In this document: one piece after another, positions 38,702 through 50,199 of the stretch | Numbering within the stretch: the stretch's first letter is position 1 | Layout: the number at the start of each line of letters is the position of its first letter | From: Macrostomum lignano | Lineage: Eukaryota | DNA: 64,000 bases | NCBI GenBank assembly: GCA_002269645.1 | Contig: NIVC01000029.1 | Coordinates: 372,001-436,000, forward strand | Direction of reading: 5' to 3' | Program-made: the position numbers and the translations under genes | The notes under the pieces: generated by a model | Databases searched by the model: none | What the model was told of the DNA's origin: nothing | Seen by the model: only the letters and a program-made list of their open reading frames with translations

Positions 38702-39935
38702 TTTTAATTTAATCATGGATACGGAAATCAGACTTGCGAGACTGAAGATTTTCTCGTTGGCATAGCAGAGACTCGTCACGCTTTGCACCAGATCATTGAC
38801 GAACGTCTGGAACCTTGCTGCCATCTAGCCTTCTTGCCCCTTATGGTCCGACCCGTCCAGATGTTAAAACCTGTCTTGTCGATGAAAATCAAGTGAATCT
38901 CAGAGGGGCACAATCCAGTCAACCGCAGTGATTGGATTGAGCCCTGAGGATTGAGCCCTGAGCCCTGAGCTGGGCCTTTTGTCGCGAATGGCACTTTGCA
39001 CCTTGCGCAGCACTTCCAAATAATAGTCACCATTGACTGTCTGGCCGGCAGGAACAGCCTGATCGAAGATGATGCCCTCGCGATCAAAGAAAGTCACATG
39101 CATGATTTTCAGCTGAGAAATGCTCCTTGCAGCCTTCACTGGCCTTGGAGAGCCGGGCCGGCACCAAGATGCGCTCTGCCGCTTCAGTTCAGCCTCCCAC
39201 GACTGCGCCCAAGTCTCATCATAAGCCACGATTCTCTGAAGAAACTGAAGTCCCTCGCGCCTGTGTCTTTGCAGATGAGCTGCGCTGAGAGTTGTGCGGC
39301 AGACCTTCTGCTCCTCTGACAGGATGTGAGGCACCCACTTTGCGCAAATCTTCCTGACTCCAAGATCTTCAGTCAGAACTTTATGGATTGTGTCATGAGA
39401 CACGCCAGTAGACTCAGGCAGCTTCCACCTTCTGCACCAACTGTGTTGTTCGCGCTGAACACGTTCTCTTTGCCGTCAAGAACACTTGCCATCAAGCGAC
39501 GAACAGTGTCATATGACGGGCAAGAGTCTGCCATGGCTCGATGCATGATTGCATATGTGTCTGTTTTGGAGATAGACCAAAAGCAAGGCGTGGAACTTGA
39601 TGATAGTTCGTTTGTCTTCTTTAGAGAAACTTTTTATGTAGAAGATTTTTATGTATTTTATGTAACAGGCACTTAATTATATACCAGGCAGTCGCCTGGG
39701 TTTAGCCGCATTTTGTTACGTAACGTACAAAAATATATATTGGTCAATAAGCAAAACTTTTCTGACAGCCGTCGTACGGACCTTCACTCATAGCCACTGA
39801 GAAATTTTCATCGGCCTATCGCCGCGCTGGTGCTCCCAGCTGATAAAATTGAACTCCGCTAAAATTGAACGAGTGTCGACCATAAGACAGAAAATTTTCA
39901 GTCTCGCAAGTCTGATTTCTGTATCTATAATTAAA
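38702..39935 (-). mobile_element. TIR-bounded element carrying degenerate mariner and Tc1/IS630-like transposase fragments
   Basis: About 38-bp inverted repeats at 38717-38754 and 39889-39926. Mariner motifs KEDKRTIIKFH, CPSYDTVRR, KWVPHIL, YDETW, TVNGDYY (about 39640-38975); separate IFIDKTGFNIWT motif (about 38900-38780). The third-D region was not found. Confidence 0.8.
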
Positions 39936-40585
39936 ATAATCTCCTCGAAATCAGGAGCAATCGAAGTTCATATGTGATAAACGCAGTTTAATTCATCATA
40001 GTCTATGGTTAGAATATCCGAGGCTGCATTTTAACCACAGAATGTGAATTAAACGGCGTTTATTATTTACATAATATATTACTAAACCATACAATCCATT
40101 TCTAGTTGTAAGCTTTTGTCTATGGTCGGAAAGGTAGGAGCCCGTTTGCCCGATTGCCTGATACAAATTTCTGGATTAAACTTAGAGTTACAGATGCACT
40201 TGTGCTTGTAAATTGAATTTAATGTAGTTCAATTCTTTATTTATGCATACGAGTAAGTGGTCAGTTTTTGACCATAGCAACACGCAGTTAATATTTTTCT
40301 AGTATAATATGCTTAATTAAACCAGAAACATAAGTTTTCGAAAGTTTTGCAGTTTCGAAGTTGAAGTTTATTATATTTGAAATTTTCAAAAATTAAACTG
40401 TACCTTAACTAATAACAGGTTTTGTCAATCAGACTAACGTTTTGAAAACTGTAACATTTGCAACACTGTCTGTCGGTCGGGTTGCCAAGAATTGCGTCAG
40501 CGACGGCAGAAGTACAAACTCCCAGTTTTCTCATCCTTCACGCACCTGTGAGGAAAGCAGCACGGTCTTAAGGGCATGAAATCCG

Positions 40586-40917
<332 letters not shown>

Positions 40918-41529
40918 AGTCTAATTGATTGAATTCAGCAGTGCAGTGCGGACTTGTAGGAGCTGCATATGGGTCTAATGCATCTATCACCACCATTTTA
41001 TAGGCAGCCGATGGCTTCCGACCATAGACATCGGTTTTTCATGCAAATACAGTCTGTAAAGTTCTTGTACGTATAGTAAAATCATTTGCCACTGCTTTGT
41101 GCCATAGACCATTCAACTGTTTTTTGATCTGTTCTGAGCTCGCTAGATTTTCAATCTCTCAAGTTTTGCTTCATCGAGAGAGGCGAATTAAGTATTGATG
41201 ACTACATGTAGTGCGTCAGTTTAAATTTACAAAGGCAGGCAGAAAGTTCAGAAAGGCAGAATGCCCATGAGGTACTCGCGTGATTCTATGGCTATTACCA
41301 GTGTCTGCTCTTGTCTGACCTTTACTTGTTATTACAAACTGTTATTGTACCATAGACATCGTGCCGGGTTGTACGATAGACATCACTGTCGAGTAGTGGG
41401 TAGGGTCTTATTTGACTGGAATGAATTTGAATATAGTACTATAGTTTATTTATTGAGAAGCTTGTGAATCGCCAATTTTACACCACTTAAGTCTAACGAT
41501 TGTAAGATTAATTAGAAACACTTTAATTT

Positions 41530-42273
41530 CGGCGGGAAACCCTCCTGCGGGAAACCCTCCTCCTGCGAAAAACCCTCCTGCGGGAAACCCTCCTCCTACG
41601 AAAAACCCTCCTGCGGGAAACCCTCCTGCGGGAAACCCTCCTCCTGCGAAAAACCCTCCTGCGGGAAACCCTCCTCCTGCGAAAAACCCTCCTGCGGGAA
41701 ACCCTCCTCCTACGAAAAACCCTCCTGCGGGAAACCCTCCTGCGGGAAACCCTCCTGCGGGAAACCCTCCTCCTGCGGGAAACCCTCATGTGGGAAACCC
41801 TCCTGCGGGAAACCCTCCTCCTGCGGGAAACCCTCCTCCTGCGGGAAACCCTCCTCCTGTGGGAAACCCTCCTCCTGCGGGAAACCCAACAGGAGGGAAA
41901 CCCTCCTCCTGCGGGAAACCCTCCTGCGGGAAACCCTCCTGCGGGAAACCCTCCTGCGGGAAACCCTCCTCCTGCGGGAAACCCTCCTCCTGCGGGAAAC
42001 CCTCCTGCGGGAAACCCTCCTGCGGGAAACCCTGCTGCGGGAAACCCTCCTGCGGGAAACCCTCTTGCGGGAAACCCTCCTCCTGCGGGAAACCCTCTTC
42101 CTGCGGGAAACCCTCCTCCTGCGGGAAACCCTCCTCCTGCGGGAAACCCTCCTGCGGGAAACCTAACAGGAGGGAAACCGAACCCTCTTCCTGCGGGAAA
42201 CCCTCCTGCGGGAAACCCTCCTGCGGGAAACCCAACAGGAGGGAAACCCAACCCTCCTCCTGCGGGAAACCCT
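41530..42273 (+). repeat. 15/18-bp minisatellite (GCGGGAAACCCTCCT[CCT])n
   Basis: Read directly. Confidence 0.95.
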
Positions 42274-42439
42274 AAAAAACCAGTTATTTTTAATCAGATT
42301 TGAAGGGCTCTTCAAAGATTAAACAGCTAGAGGTGCTCCAGGAGACGTTTTAGCCAGCAGTGAACGACGATGGATAAGCTGACAAGACCCTGTCCATACA
42401 CATGGTGCTCCTCACCATTGGAGCGTTTTTGTGCACAAA

Positions 42440-42560
42440 TGCACAATTGCATCTGATAAACACCTGAATGAAATGTGTCAGAAAACTACTTTGGAATATC
42501 GCAAGCGATTAGAGCAACTTATCGAGAATAACGGAGGCCATGTTGAAGTGTACAACTGAG
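42440..42560 (+). mobile_element. Remnant C-terminus of a Tc1/mariner transposase
   Basis: Translates SDKHLNEMCQKTTLEYRKRLEQLIENNGGHVEVYN*; the RL...NGGHxE ending is typical of this superfamily. Confidence 0.5.
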
Positions 42561-42730
42561 ATGGAATTGAACCGATTTAGATAAGACTACAGACTGCAAT
42601 AAAATCCAATATGCGTACCATCTTTTAGTAAATTTCAATGTTATTTGGTATTTGGTAGATTAACACTACTAGTGATGGAATCTGATGGATCAGAATTTCA
42701 TGGAAGAAAGAAATAAGAGTTGTATAGCCA

Positions 42731-42915
42731 TATGGGTTGTAGCCTAGTGGGCAGAGCGTCGGACTCACGACTGGAAGGTCGGGGGTTCAATTCTCGACCC
42801 ACTCGGAACAACCCCTCCTTGGACTGAACAGCCGTACGCAGCCTTCAGATGCGCCGCGCAATAGCTGCGGCTGAGCTGTCGGTTGCACATCTGGTCATTA
42901 GAGCAGGTGTAACGA

Positions 42916-42953
<38 letters not shown>

Positions 42954-42968
42954 TACTACTACTATTAT
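42731..42968 (+). mobile_element. tRNA-derived SINE with (ATT)n/(ACT)n tail
   Basis: A box TAGCCTAGTGG at 42740-42750, B box GGTTCAATTCT at 42784-42794, about 120-bp non-tRNA body, simple-repeat tail from 42916. Confidence 0.75.
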
Positions 42969-43528
42969 AATCATTATTATGGTGATGACATACTCTTCGC
43001 ATAGGTGCTAGAAAACTGAGAGATTTCTATCTTGTTTTTGCAGCGAAGTCTGCATAGCATCCATTGAAATTCATAAGTTCAAGATCAACAAGATAATGGC
43101 ATAGAAAGCATCAAAGCTATGCAATGTGAACTTGTTATTTTATAATTTATTGCAGTCTTCTTTCGTCACATGCTAGCTGATGCATGCACTGAACCCGCGG
43201 TGTATATCCGAATATACAAAATTTGATTATCAATTTAGCCCATACCCTGATATTGAAGTGACCCTGTACTAAACCTTCGCAAACCTTCTGACCATGCAGT
43301 AAACATTTTAATACAGAAATATCCGCGATAAATACATGTATAATTCTAAATATAGTAACTCTTTCAAAAACATTCTTTCCTTCAGAGTTCCATCAAAAAG
43401 CATAAATACGTGGATAAAGCACCCGCAATCAAACGGTTGCAGACCTTGGCCCATTATTATCTCGTTCTCAATAATATTAATAACGAAGAACCACCGCCTT
43501 CTGTCCCATTTATTTAAACTGTTACAAT

Positions 43529-44854
43529 ATGAAAGGATATCATTTCGAAATATTCGTCAAAGACCTCATCGACGAAGGTTACCTCAGTAATGATATTAGC
43601 ATATCTGCCTACTTGAATGATACAAGCAAAATTGGAGAGAGCAACCTGAAGCTTTACGACCCGGATAATTTGTATTGCTCTGTGAACCAGACTTTGCTTT
43701 CAAACTGGCAATGGCTTCTTGGCGGCAGTCCATCCAATGTTGAGTCGCTTTTGTGCGTTGGAATAAAGAGCTTCGTGTGCAAAGCAAGACACATTTCCTT
43801 GTTCCCAGCGGTGGAGGAGGTGATGATGGCGTTCAATACTGTGTTTGCAGTCGCCAACCTCCTGACTCTGGCGATCTGGTGCCGTTTCAAGGAGCCGAAG
43901 CCGCAGACGCCAACTAGACCAGAGGTTGGCATTCAATTGCTGCTCCTTCGGTTCTTCAGCGCTTTTAGTCTAGCAGCTTGCTTCGTGTACATTTTTTTTG
44001 GTTCATCGCCAGTTACGACCGTCAACTCGGTCGCGAGTGCCGTGATTATAAGCGTAGCGCGTTGGATCGTCGTGGACACTGCCACAATATTTATGTTCTT
44101 CACCAAAACGAGCGCCGCATTCAGTCTAATTACTGCCACCTTTTTAATTGAGTACTCGCATCCGGGACAGAAACTGCTGCTTTTCACTACCAAAAAGAGA
44201 GCCCTAGCTGCATTCTTTGTATTGTTCGTTACTTTGCTGCTGCTGTCGTTCGCGATGTCCACAATTTATGGCTACATTTACTGTCCAAACGAAGATTCAT
44301 TGCTCAAAATGAAACTAAGAATTTCGCATCGGTTACATGAAATTCTCTACGACCGGATGAACATCCTACACGCTGTCCTATTGGTGCTCAGCGTCATTTT
44401 GCTCATCGTGTTCGCCTCCAAGCGTTGCTGCGCGTGCTGCCGCTGTGATGGCAGTTACACGCATAGCGAGTCGCGTGCCAGTGAATCTGTAGCTTACCTG
44501 ACTCAACTGGAAGACTCTGAGCAGTCTGAAAGCGAGGCTAACGAATCCGCGGTTGTACTGCAGGCGGGAAATTCTTCAGAACTGCTGGCAAACGAACTGA
44601 GGCGACTGATATTCTGGCAACAGGTGGTGCTAGTGCTTCCTCAATTAGTTTTTATCGTCAAATTTCACTCTCTTAGACTAGTTGAGAATAGCTTTGGTAA
44701 GTTCCAACTTATTGGCTTTGGTTTAATTGCTGCCGAAGCACTGTTCGTTGCCGCGATGCCAGTCGTGACTCCAATTGTCAGTCCGACATTTCGCAGAGGT
44801 TTGGCTTCTGCTACGAACGAAGTGAAAAATTATTTGCCTTGTCGTCTGCCATAG
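43529..44854 (+). CDS. Intronless divergent seven-transmembrane (class A GPCR-like) orphan receptor, 441 aa
   Basis: Seven hydrophobic segments. TM1 ANLL (GN-like), LIEY at the TM3 end (DRY position), LP in TM6, MPVVT at the NPxxY position, helix-8-like SPTFRR. Long N-terminus with N-x-T sequons; acidic third intracellular loop. Confidence 0.78.
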   Translation: MKGYHFEIFVKDLIDEGYLSNDISISAYLNDTSKIGESNLKLYDPDNLYCSVNQTLLSNWQWLLGGSPSNVESLLCVGIKSFVCKARHISLFPAVEEVMMAFNTVFAVANLLTLAIWCRFKEPKPQTPTRPEVGIQLLLLRFFSAFSLAACFVYIFFGSSPVTTVNSVASAVIISVARWIVVDTATIFMFFTKTSAAFSLITATFLIEYSHPGQKLLLFTTKKRALAAFFVLFVTLLLLSFAMSTIYGYIYCPNEDSLLKMKLRISHRLHEILYDRMNILHAVLLVLSVILLIVFASKRCCACCRCDGSYTHSESRASESVAYLTQLEDSEQSESEANESAVVLQAGNSSELLANELRRLIFWQQVVLVLPQLVFIVKFHSLRLVENSFGKFQLIGFGLIAAEALFVAAMPVVTPIVSPTFRRGLASATNEVKNYLPCRLP

Positions 44855-45359
44855 TGGATCGAGTGTCGGCTATTGCTTCGACGGAACTGTGTTAACAATT
44901 TGAATTGAACTTTAATAGTTCAATAGTGATCGATGAACATTAATAATTATTGCAATTATGTGCAACACTGTTAACTATATATTCAGAAAGTTAAACCATT
45001 ACATCTGATCTTTTTTTCCTGAAATTGAATCTTCATTTTTTCATTTTTTCCATAAACGATTCTTTGTCTCGTGTTTTATTACGCTCGTATGTGATGAAAA
45101 ATATGTTTTTTTCTGATATTCGGCACATTACACTGCATGAATTTTAATTTTTAACAGCCTGTTTAAATACAGAGAAAAACAAAAATTACTGATTTTAAAT
45201 ATTGCCAAATTTGGTTGTTTGAGTACTATTCAGCTCTTGAGTTTTTTTGTGTTAGAGCTAATTAATTACACTGGCGTATTATTGTGATCATGAGTTGGCG
45301 ATAAGAAACAATAAAAAGTCACAAGTTCCAAAGCTCAAGGCAGTAAAAGGTGACATTAA

Positions 45360-45490
45360 GCTCGGGGGGCGCTAGAATGGCGCTAGTGGACTCGGGGCTC
45401 TAGAATGGCGCTAGTGGACTCGAGGGCTCTAGAATGGCGCTAGTGGACTCGGGGGCGCTAGAATGGCGCTAGTAGACTCGGGGTGCTAAT
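45360..45490 (+). repeat. About 30-bp minisatellite (GGGGCTCTAGAATGGCGCTAGTGGACTC..), 4 units
   Basis: Read directly. Confidence 0.9.
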
Positions 45491-46644
45491 TGACCCCATA
45501 CTTGATTGCTGCAACGGCGCTGGCAACCGTTTTCTGACCCAACCCTGTGTCTTCTGGCGTGTCAGCACTCGATGGTAGCACTGAAGCAGCTCCCTGGTGC
45601 CATTAAATGCGGCCCAATTTTCGAGACTATCGGAGGAGTCCATATAAAGGATGAATTCCTCCACGATTACTCAACCAGGCCGTACTTGTTAGTTCGGCCA
45701 TACCTGAAAATAATTCGAATGAATTACCACCCGTGCTATCGATGAGTTACAGAAAAGCAGATGAAGATTTATGTTGCATATTCTAGTACTGATGCGGCTT
45801 ACTTGTTCTGTTAGCCTATGGGCATGGCACACATCTGTGTCGTTAAATAAGTCGGTCGGTAATGGCAGACACCCGCAGGTGCGCTTGAACGATCCTTGCT
45901 GTACTGTATGACTTCAATCAAACAATCCTGATTTGAGCCGAAGAATTGTTCCGGTTCTTAAAGTTACCAGGCCACGAGAAGTCCATCGTGCAGGTGACAT
46001 CCGGCAGATTGTCACTGCACGGTGCGAATTCGCGGTTCACCAACCCCTACGGTTTCAGTGGCACCCTGGCTGAGGTTGTGGCCGTACGGAGCCAGGAAGC
46101 CGGAGGTCATGTCTGGCCTGTAGCAGCTGTTTTGGCACCGAAGTGGAGCAGGAAAGTGCAAAGGTAGCGACTGGTTTTCCAGTGCTTGGTTGCCTAAATG
46201 CAGTTTCAAGGGAGGTCTGAACGGTTCATTGTTGACGAATGGGATGCGAGAACGCCAGTACATGCACTACAGAACTTGCTGGACCGCGGTTGGACCTATA
46301 GTGTCTGCGAATGCGCAATTCCTCAAACCACGGCCCAACCGCCTCGTCACCTTTGTGGGTTTGTAAGGGAAGGTGGCGAAATGTAGCTGGGCTTTGGCCG
46401 GTATAACAAGCTGACCCCGGCAGGCAGGACGGCGGTTCCAGCAGACCCGAAGATGAATTGTCCCTGAAAAAGCGGGAAAGCAGTTCAAAGGGATGAACTT
46501 CAAAGGGATGCTAGAAATGAACTTGTGAATGAGTATATGGGACGACGGCTCAAAATCCTCCTTTAAAGGTCGTTTCCATAGCAAGGTCGTTTTTTTTATT
46601 TAGTCACCATCGGTCCGACCTAATGTTTTATGATGTGGGCCTAC

Positions 46645-47403
46645 TGTGACAGTGTGGTTTGTTAAAGGCATGTACCATATCGTATTCATTATTTGCACGC
46701 ATACCGTACTACTTGTAGTCATTAATTAATTTTTAACAATATTCTATACGTATTAATTTTGCGCTTATGTTATTTTTGTATTTGTAGTTATCCATAGATA
46801 GCGTTCTTTCTTCTTCTTCTATCTTCTATATTTCTTCTTCTATATACATGTAGTTATCTATAGTAAGTATCTGTAGTTATTTGTAGCCTCGCATGTATTT
46901 ATTATATTATTTGTATTTCATGCATATCGTGTTTACTTCTCGTGAAGTTGTTCATATCTATGTACATGTATTTACTTTGCAGTAATTCTAGCACGATATG
47001 TTATATGATATGATTTGTACATTGCGCCTGCATATGGGGGGTTTGTCTGATTAGCTAGGCTTGTTTATCAAGTTTTATCATGTTTACATGTTTATTATAA
47101 ATATACGCTTGCAGTCAACGGCCGCAATTTCTCACTTCTCTGCTCGCGGCCCCTTAGCCATCCTCATGCTGGCTTTCCTCGCCCTCACAATTATAAGTTT
47201 ACCATTCCGCCGCCTAGCTTGGCCCCACCAATAGATCGGACAGGGTCCCAACCGCGGCCTTCGCAAGGCGCAACCAGAGCCCATCTCACCAAATTACATT
47301 ACGCTAGTGTTAAATCGCGGCTGCTGCAGATCTGGATCATTGACTCTCAATCAAATTAAATTAAATTATCTGCTACACAAAGTCTTCCGCCTTACTCGTC
47401 ACA
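46645..47403 (+). mobile_element. Solo LTR (759 bp) with 4-bp TSD CTAC
   Basis: TGTGAC...GTCACA termini flanked by CTAC at 46641-46644 and 47404-47407; homologous to 48905-49535. Strand assignment is arbitrary. Confidence 0.85.
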
Positions 47404-48904
47404 CTACTCTTGAATAAATATGCATCGCAAAAATTATTAAATTATTGATAATTACTTACTTTTGTCATGTCAGTCCTTAATCGGTGTTTTGAGGTGGTAG
47501 GGGCAATTGCAAATGGCCGCCGCAGGGGAGGAGTTCCTTACCAACGGAAATAGTTAGAAAGGCAAAAAAGAATGATACTTTTAAAAAAACTAGTAAATTT
47601 TATACTCTTTACTTTTTAAAATCTAAGTTGACTTGGTTCCTGGTTTGTTACGATAGAAAAAATCAACCATTATAAGTCTTTTTGTTTTTTGTTATTCGTT
47701 CTTTAAAAAAACGATCATTTTTCAAACTTCAACCTTTCCAAGAAACAAAAACAACGCCTTCAACGCCGACTAACAAAAGAACGCATGACGCGCGTGGCCA
47801 TGCCTAAAATTTTAAGATAGTAATTTTTAGAGTGTGTTGGGTAGGGTTGCTCGCTTAACAACAATTAAGTAGAGTTAATTGTTTTAGTGTGTTAGTATTG
47901 ACATTTTGTTACTGTTTATTAATAATTCTCACTGAGCACTGAGCTCTTGCCGGTTGTGAGTTACCACAGAAATAAGAGCTTAGTCTTGGTAGATAAAATA
48001 CTTTTTTGTTACTATTCTATCTTTCATTTGCATAAAAAGTTATGTGAAAACTCAGCAAGGCATTGCAAAGCTATGAATCATGATAGAAATTTTGGAAACT
48101 TTTGGGATTAGGCCTAACATCAATTGTAGCATAGGCAAAGTCTATAAGTGATAGCAGGCCTAGATAGCTACTATAGCACACTGATCTATACTAAGGATAC
48201 CTTAGCCCTTAAGCTGCTTCACCAGCCATCTTACCTAGAGCATTTCAAAGATTTTTCCTTGGTAAGAAGTAAGGCTAATGGGCCTATACAATCCTGAGCC
48301 TGAGGATTTAGGTGATTTGGCTTAAAAAATCATTGTCATTCCTAAATGTTTTAGGATAATAGAATTATCCCTAAAAATTGAGGTTGCTATAAACTTTGAG
48401 ATGTTTGGATTCAACCCACTTTGGCAAAGGAATTTTAGGCAAAGGTCAAAAATGGCAAAAAATACTTGCAGTGACCATTTCGTCGAAAGCTAGCCATTTC
48501 AGCAAACAATTAATTAAAATTGATCAATTTCAGCAAAGAGTTAGGTCTATTAGAGAGTGCAATTTTAATTTGAGTAAGTAACAAATTAAAAAAATTAGTG
48601 TCTAAATGAAACAAACAATTAAAATGAACAAATTTGGCAATTAAAATTGACTAATAAAATTAAAATTTGTTTGCACTAAAACAGTTAAAGTAAAATTAAA
48701 TCTACTCATTCACATTGTCATTATACATGTATCACAATCAAAAAGTTTGGGTGCATTTAGGTGACTTAGTGACTATACTTCTCCAACAGGCTCTTAGTTA
48801 AGCGCAGACCTAAGTGGTGCTCTTGCCACAGATCTAAAACACATATATGTGCCCAGCATCCATCAGCATCCAACCTGTCCAAACCAGACAGGTAAAATGG
48901 CCAT

Positions 48905-49535
48905 TGTGACAGCGTGATTTGTAGAAGCATGTATTGTATTTCTTTATTTTCATATGCATACTGTATTCTTTCATTTATTTTAACAATATTCGTACGTATT
49001 ATTATCGCGCCATTTTTACTGTTAATTGCTTTGGTTTTGTAGCCTTGTATGTATTTATTCTATCATTTGTATTTCATTCATATCGTTATTATTTCTCGTA
49101 AAGTAGTTCTACCTATGTACTTGTACTGACGTATGTTATTCTTGCATGATATATTTATCGATTAATTTGTACATGTACATTGCGCGCCGCGTGGGGGGGT
49201 TGTTTGTCTGGGTTTTGGATTAAGGGTGTTGTTGTTATCTGTTTACCTTTAAATATATGCTTACACTACAGTCAGCAGCCGCTCTCGCCCTTCCCCTTGC
49301 TTCGCTTCTCGACCTAGGCTCGCTAACCCTTAGCTATGACGCTGTCTGGCCTCCTTACACCAACTCTTCTGCCGTCTACCTTGGCACACCAATTAGTTAA
49401 TTAACTGATCCAGCAATTTTAAGTAGCACTAGCAAAAGTCTAAGGGTTGAAGCGGCTTGCCGATCTGCTAATTAATTGTGAACTATCTAAATTAACCGCT
49501 ACACAAATCCGTCTTTATTCGCCTTATTCGTCACA
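48905..49535 (+). mobile_element. Solo LTR (631 bp) with 4-bp TSD CCAT
   Basis: TGTGAC...GTCACA termini flanked by CCAT at 48901-48904 and 49536-49539; diverged relative of 46645-47403. Confidence 0.85.
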
Positions 49536-50199
49536 CCATTGGCCAAGGTAAGTTGCAAAATCAAAAATGCAAAAAATGAAAAATTGGGAGAAGAAAAAAG
49601 TAGAGGAAGAGAAAAGGAAAAAAGGAGAGAGAAGAAAGAGAGGGTAAAGAAAAGAGAAAAAGAGAAAGAGAAAAGGAAAAAAGGCAAGAAAAATCATATA
49701 CAAAGACAAAATGCAAAGTGAAAATTAAATAGCAATTAAGGGAACTAAGTTGCAATCAGGAGAAACTAAGTTGCAATTGGGAGAAACTAAGTTGCAAATC
49801 TAGACAAAACTAAGTTGCACTGGATGGGTGAAATTTTGAGGTTGGGCATATGTCTAAAAATACATAGTTGCGCTTTCACTATGCTTTGTGCTGAAATTGT
49901 TGCAACTGTCCTTGTGGCAACTGTGCTTGTGCCATCAGCTGAGTATCTACAACAATGAGTTGCCCTTCCTTGTGCAATAGTCAGACAAGAATGTAAAATT
50001 AAAAGCTGCCACATTGAGCCTAGTAGTTAAGCCATTGATGCCAGCCTTCTATGTCATTGTTGGTTCAGATAGAGCAGTTGTAAACAAATATTTCATTAAT
50101 GCTCTAGACAGTACCATTCAACTATGTGTCCTTGAATTAAATTGTTCATAGAATGTCAATGTACATGCAAGTCAGGAAAATGAAAGCAAAGGCAAACAT

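Noticed and set aside
41523-42303. Collagen- or elastin-like (GFPAG)n / (PPAGN)n ORFs
   Set aside because: Pure minisatellite translation on both strands with no flanking exon evidence.
42731-42805. Functional tRNA gene
   Set aside because: Anticodon and acceptor stems pair poorly, and the sequence continues into a body plus (ATT)n tail typical of a SINE.
46645-49535. One LTR retrotransposon with two LTRs and a 1.5-kb interior
   Set aside because: Each LTR has its own distinct TSD, they are too diverged to be a pair, and no gag/pol was seen between them.
49740-50040. Second piggyBac terminus (TTAAGGG at about 49736 or TTAAGCC at about 50027)
   Set aside because: Neither matches the TTAACCCCTAGACTGC end at 51568.
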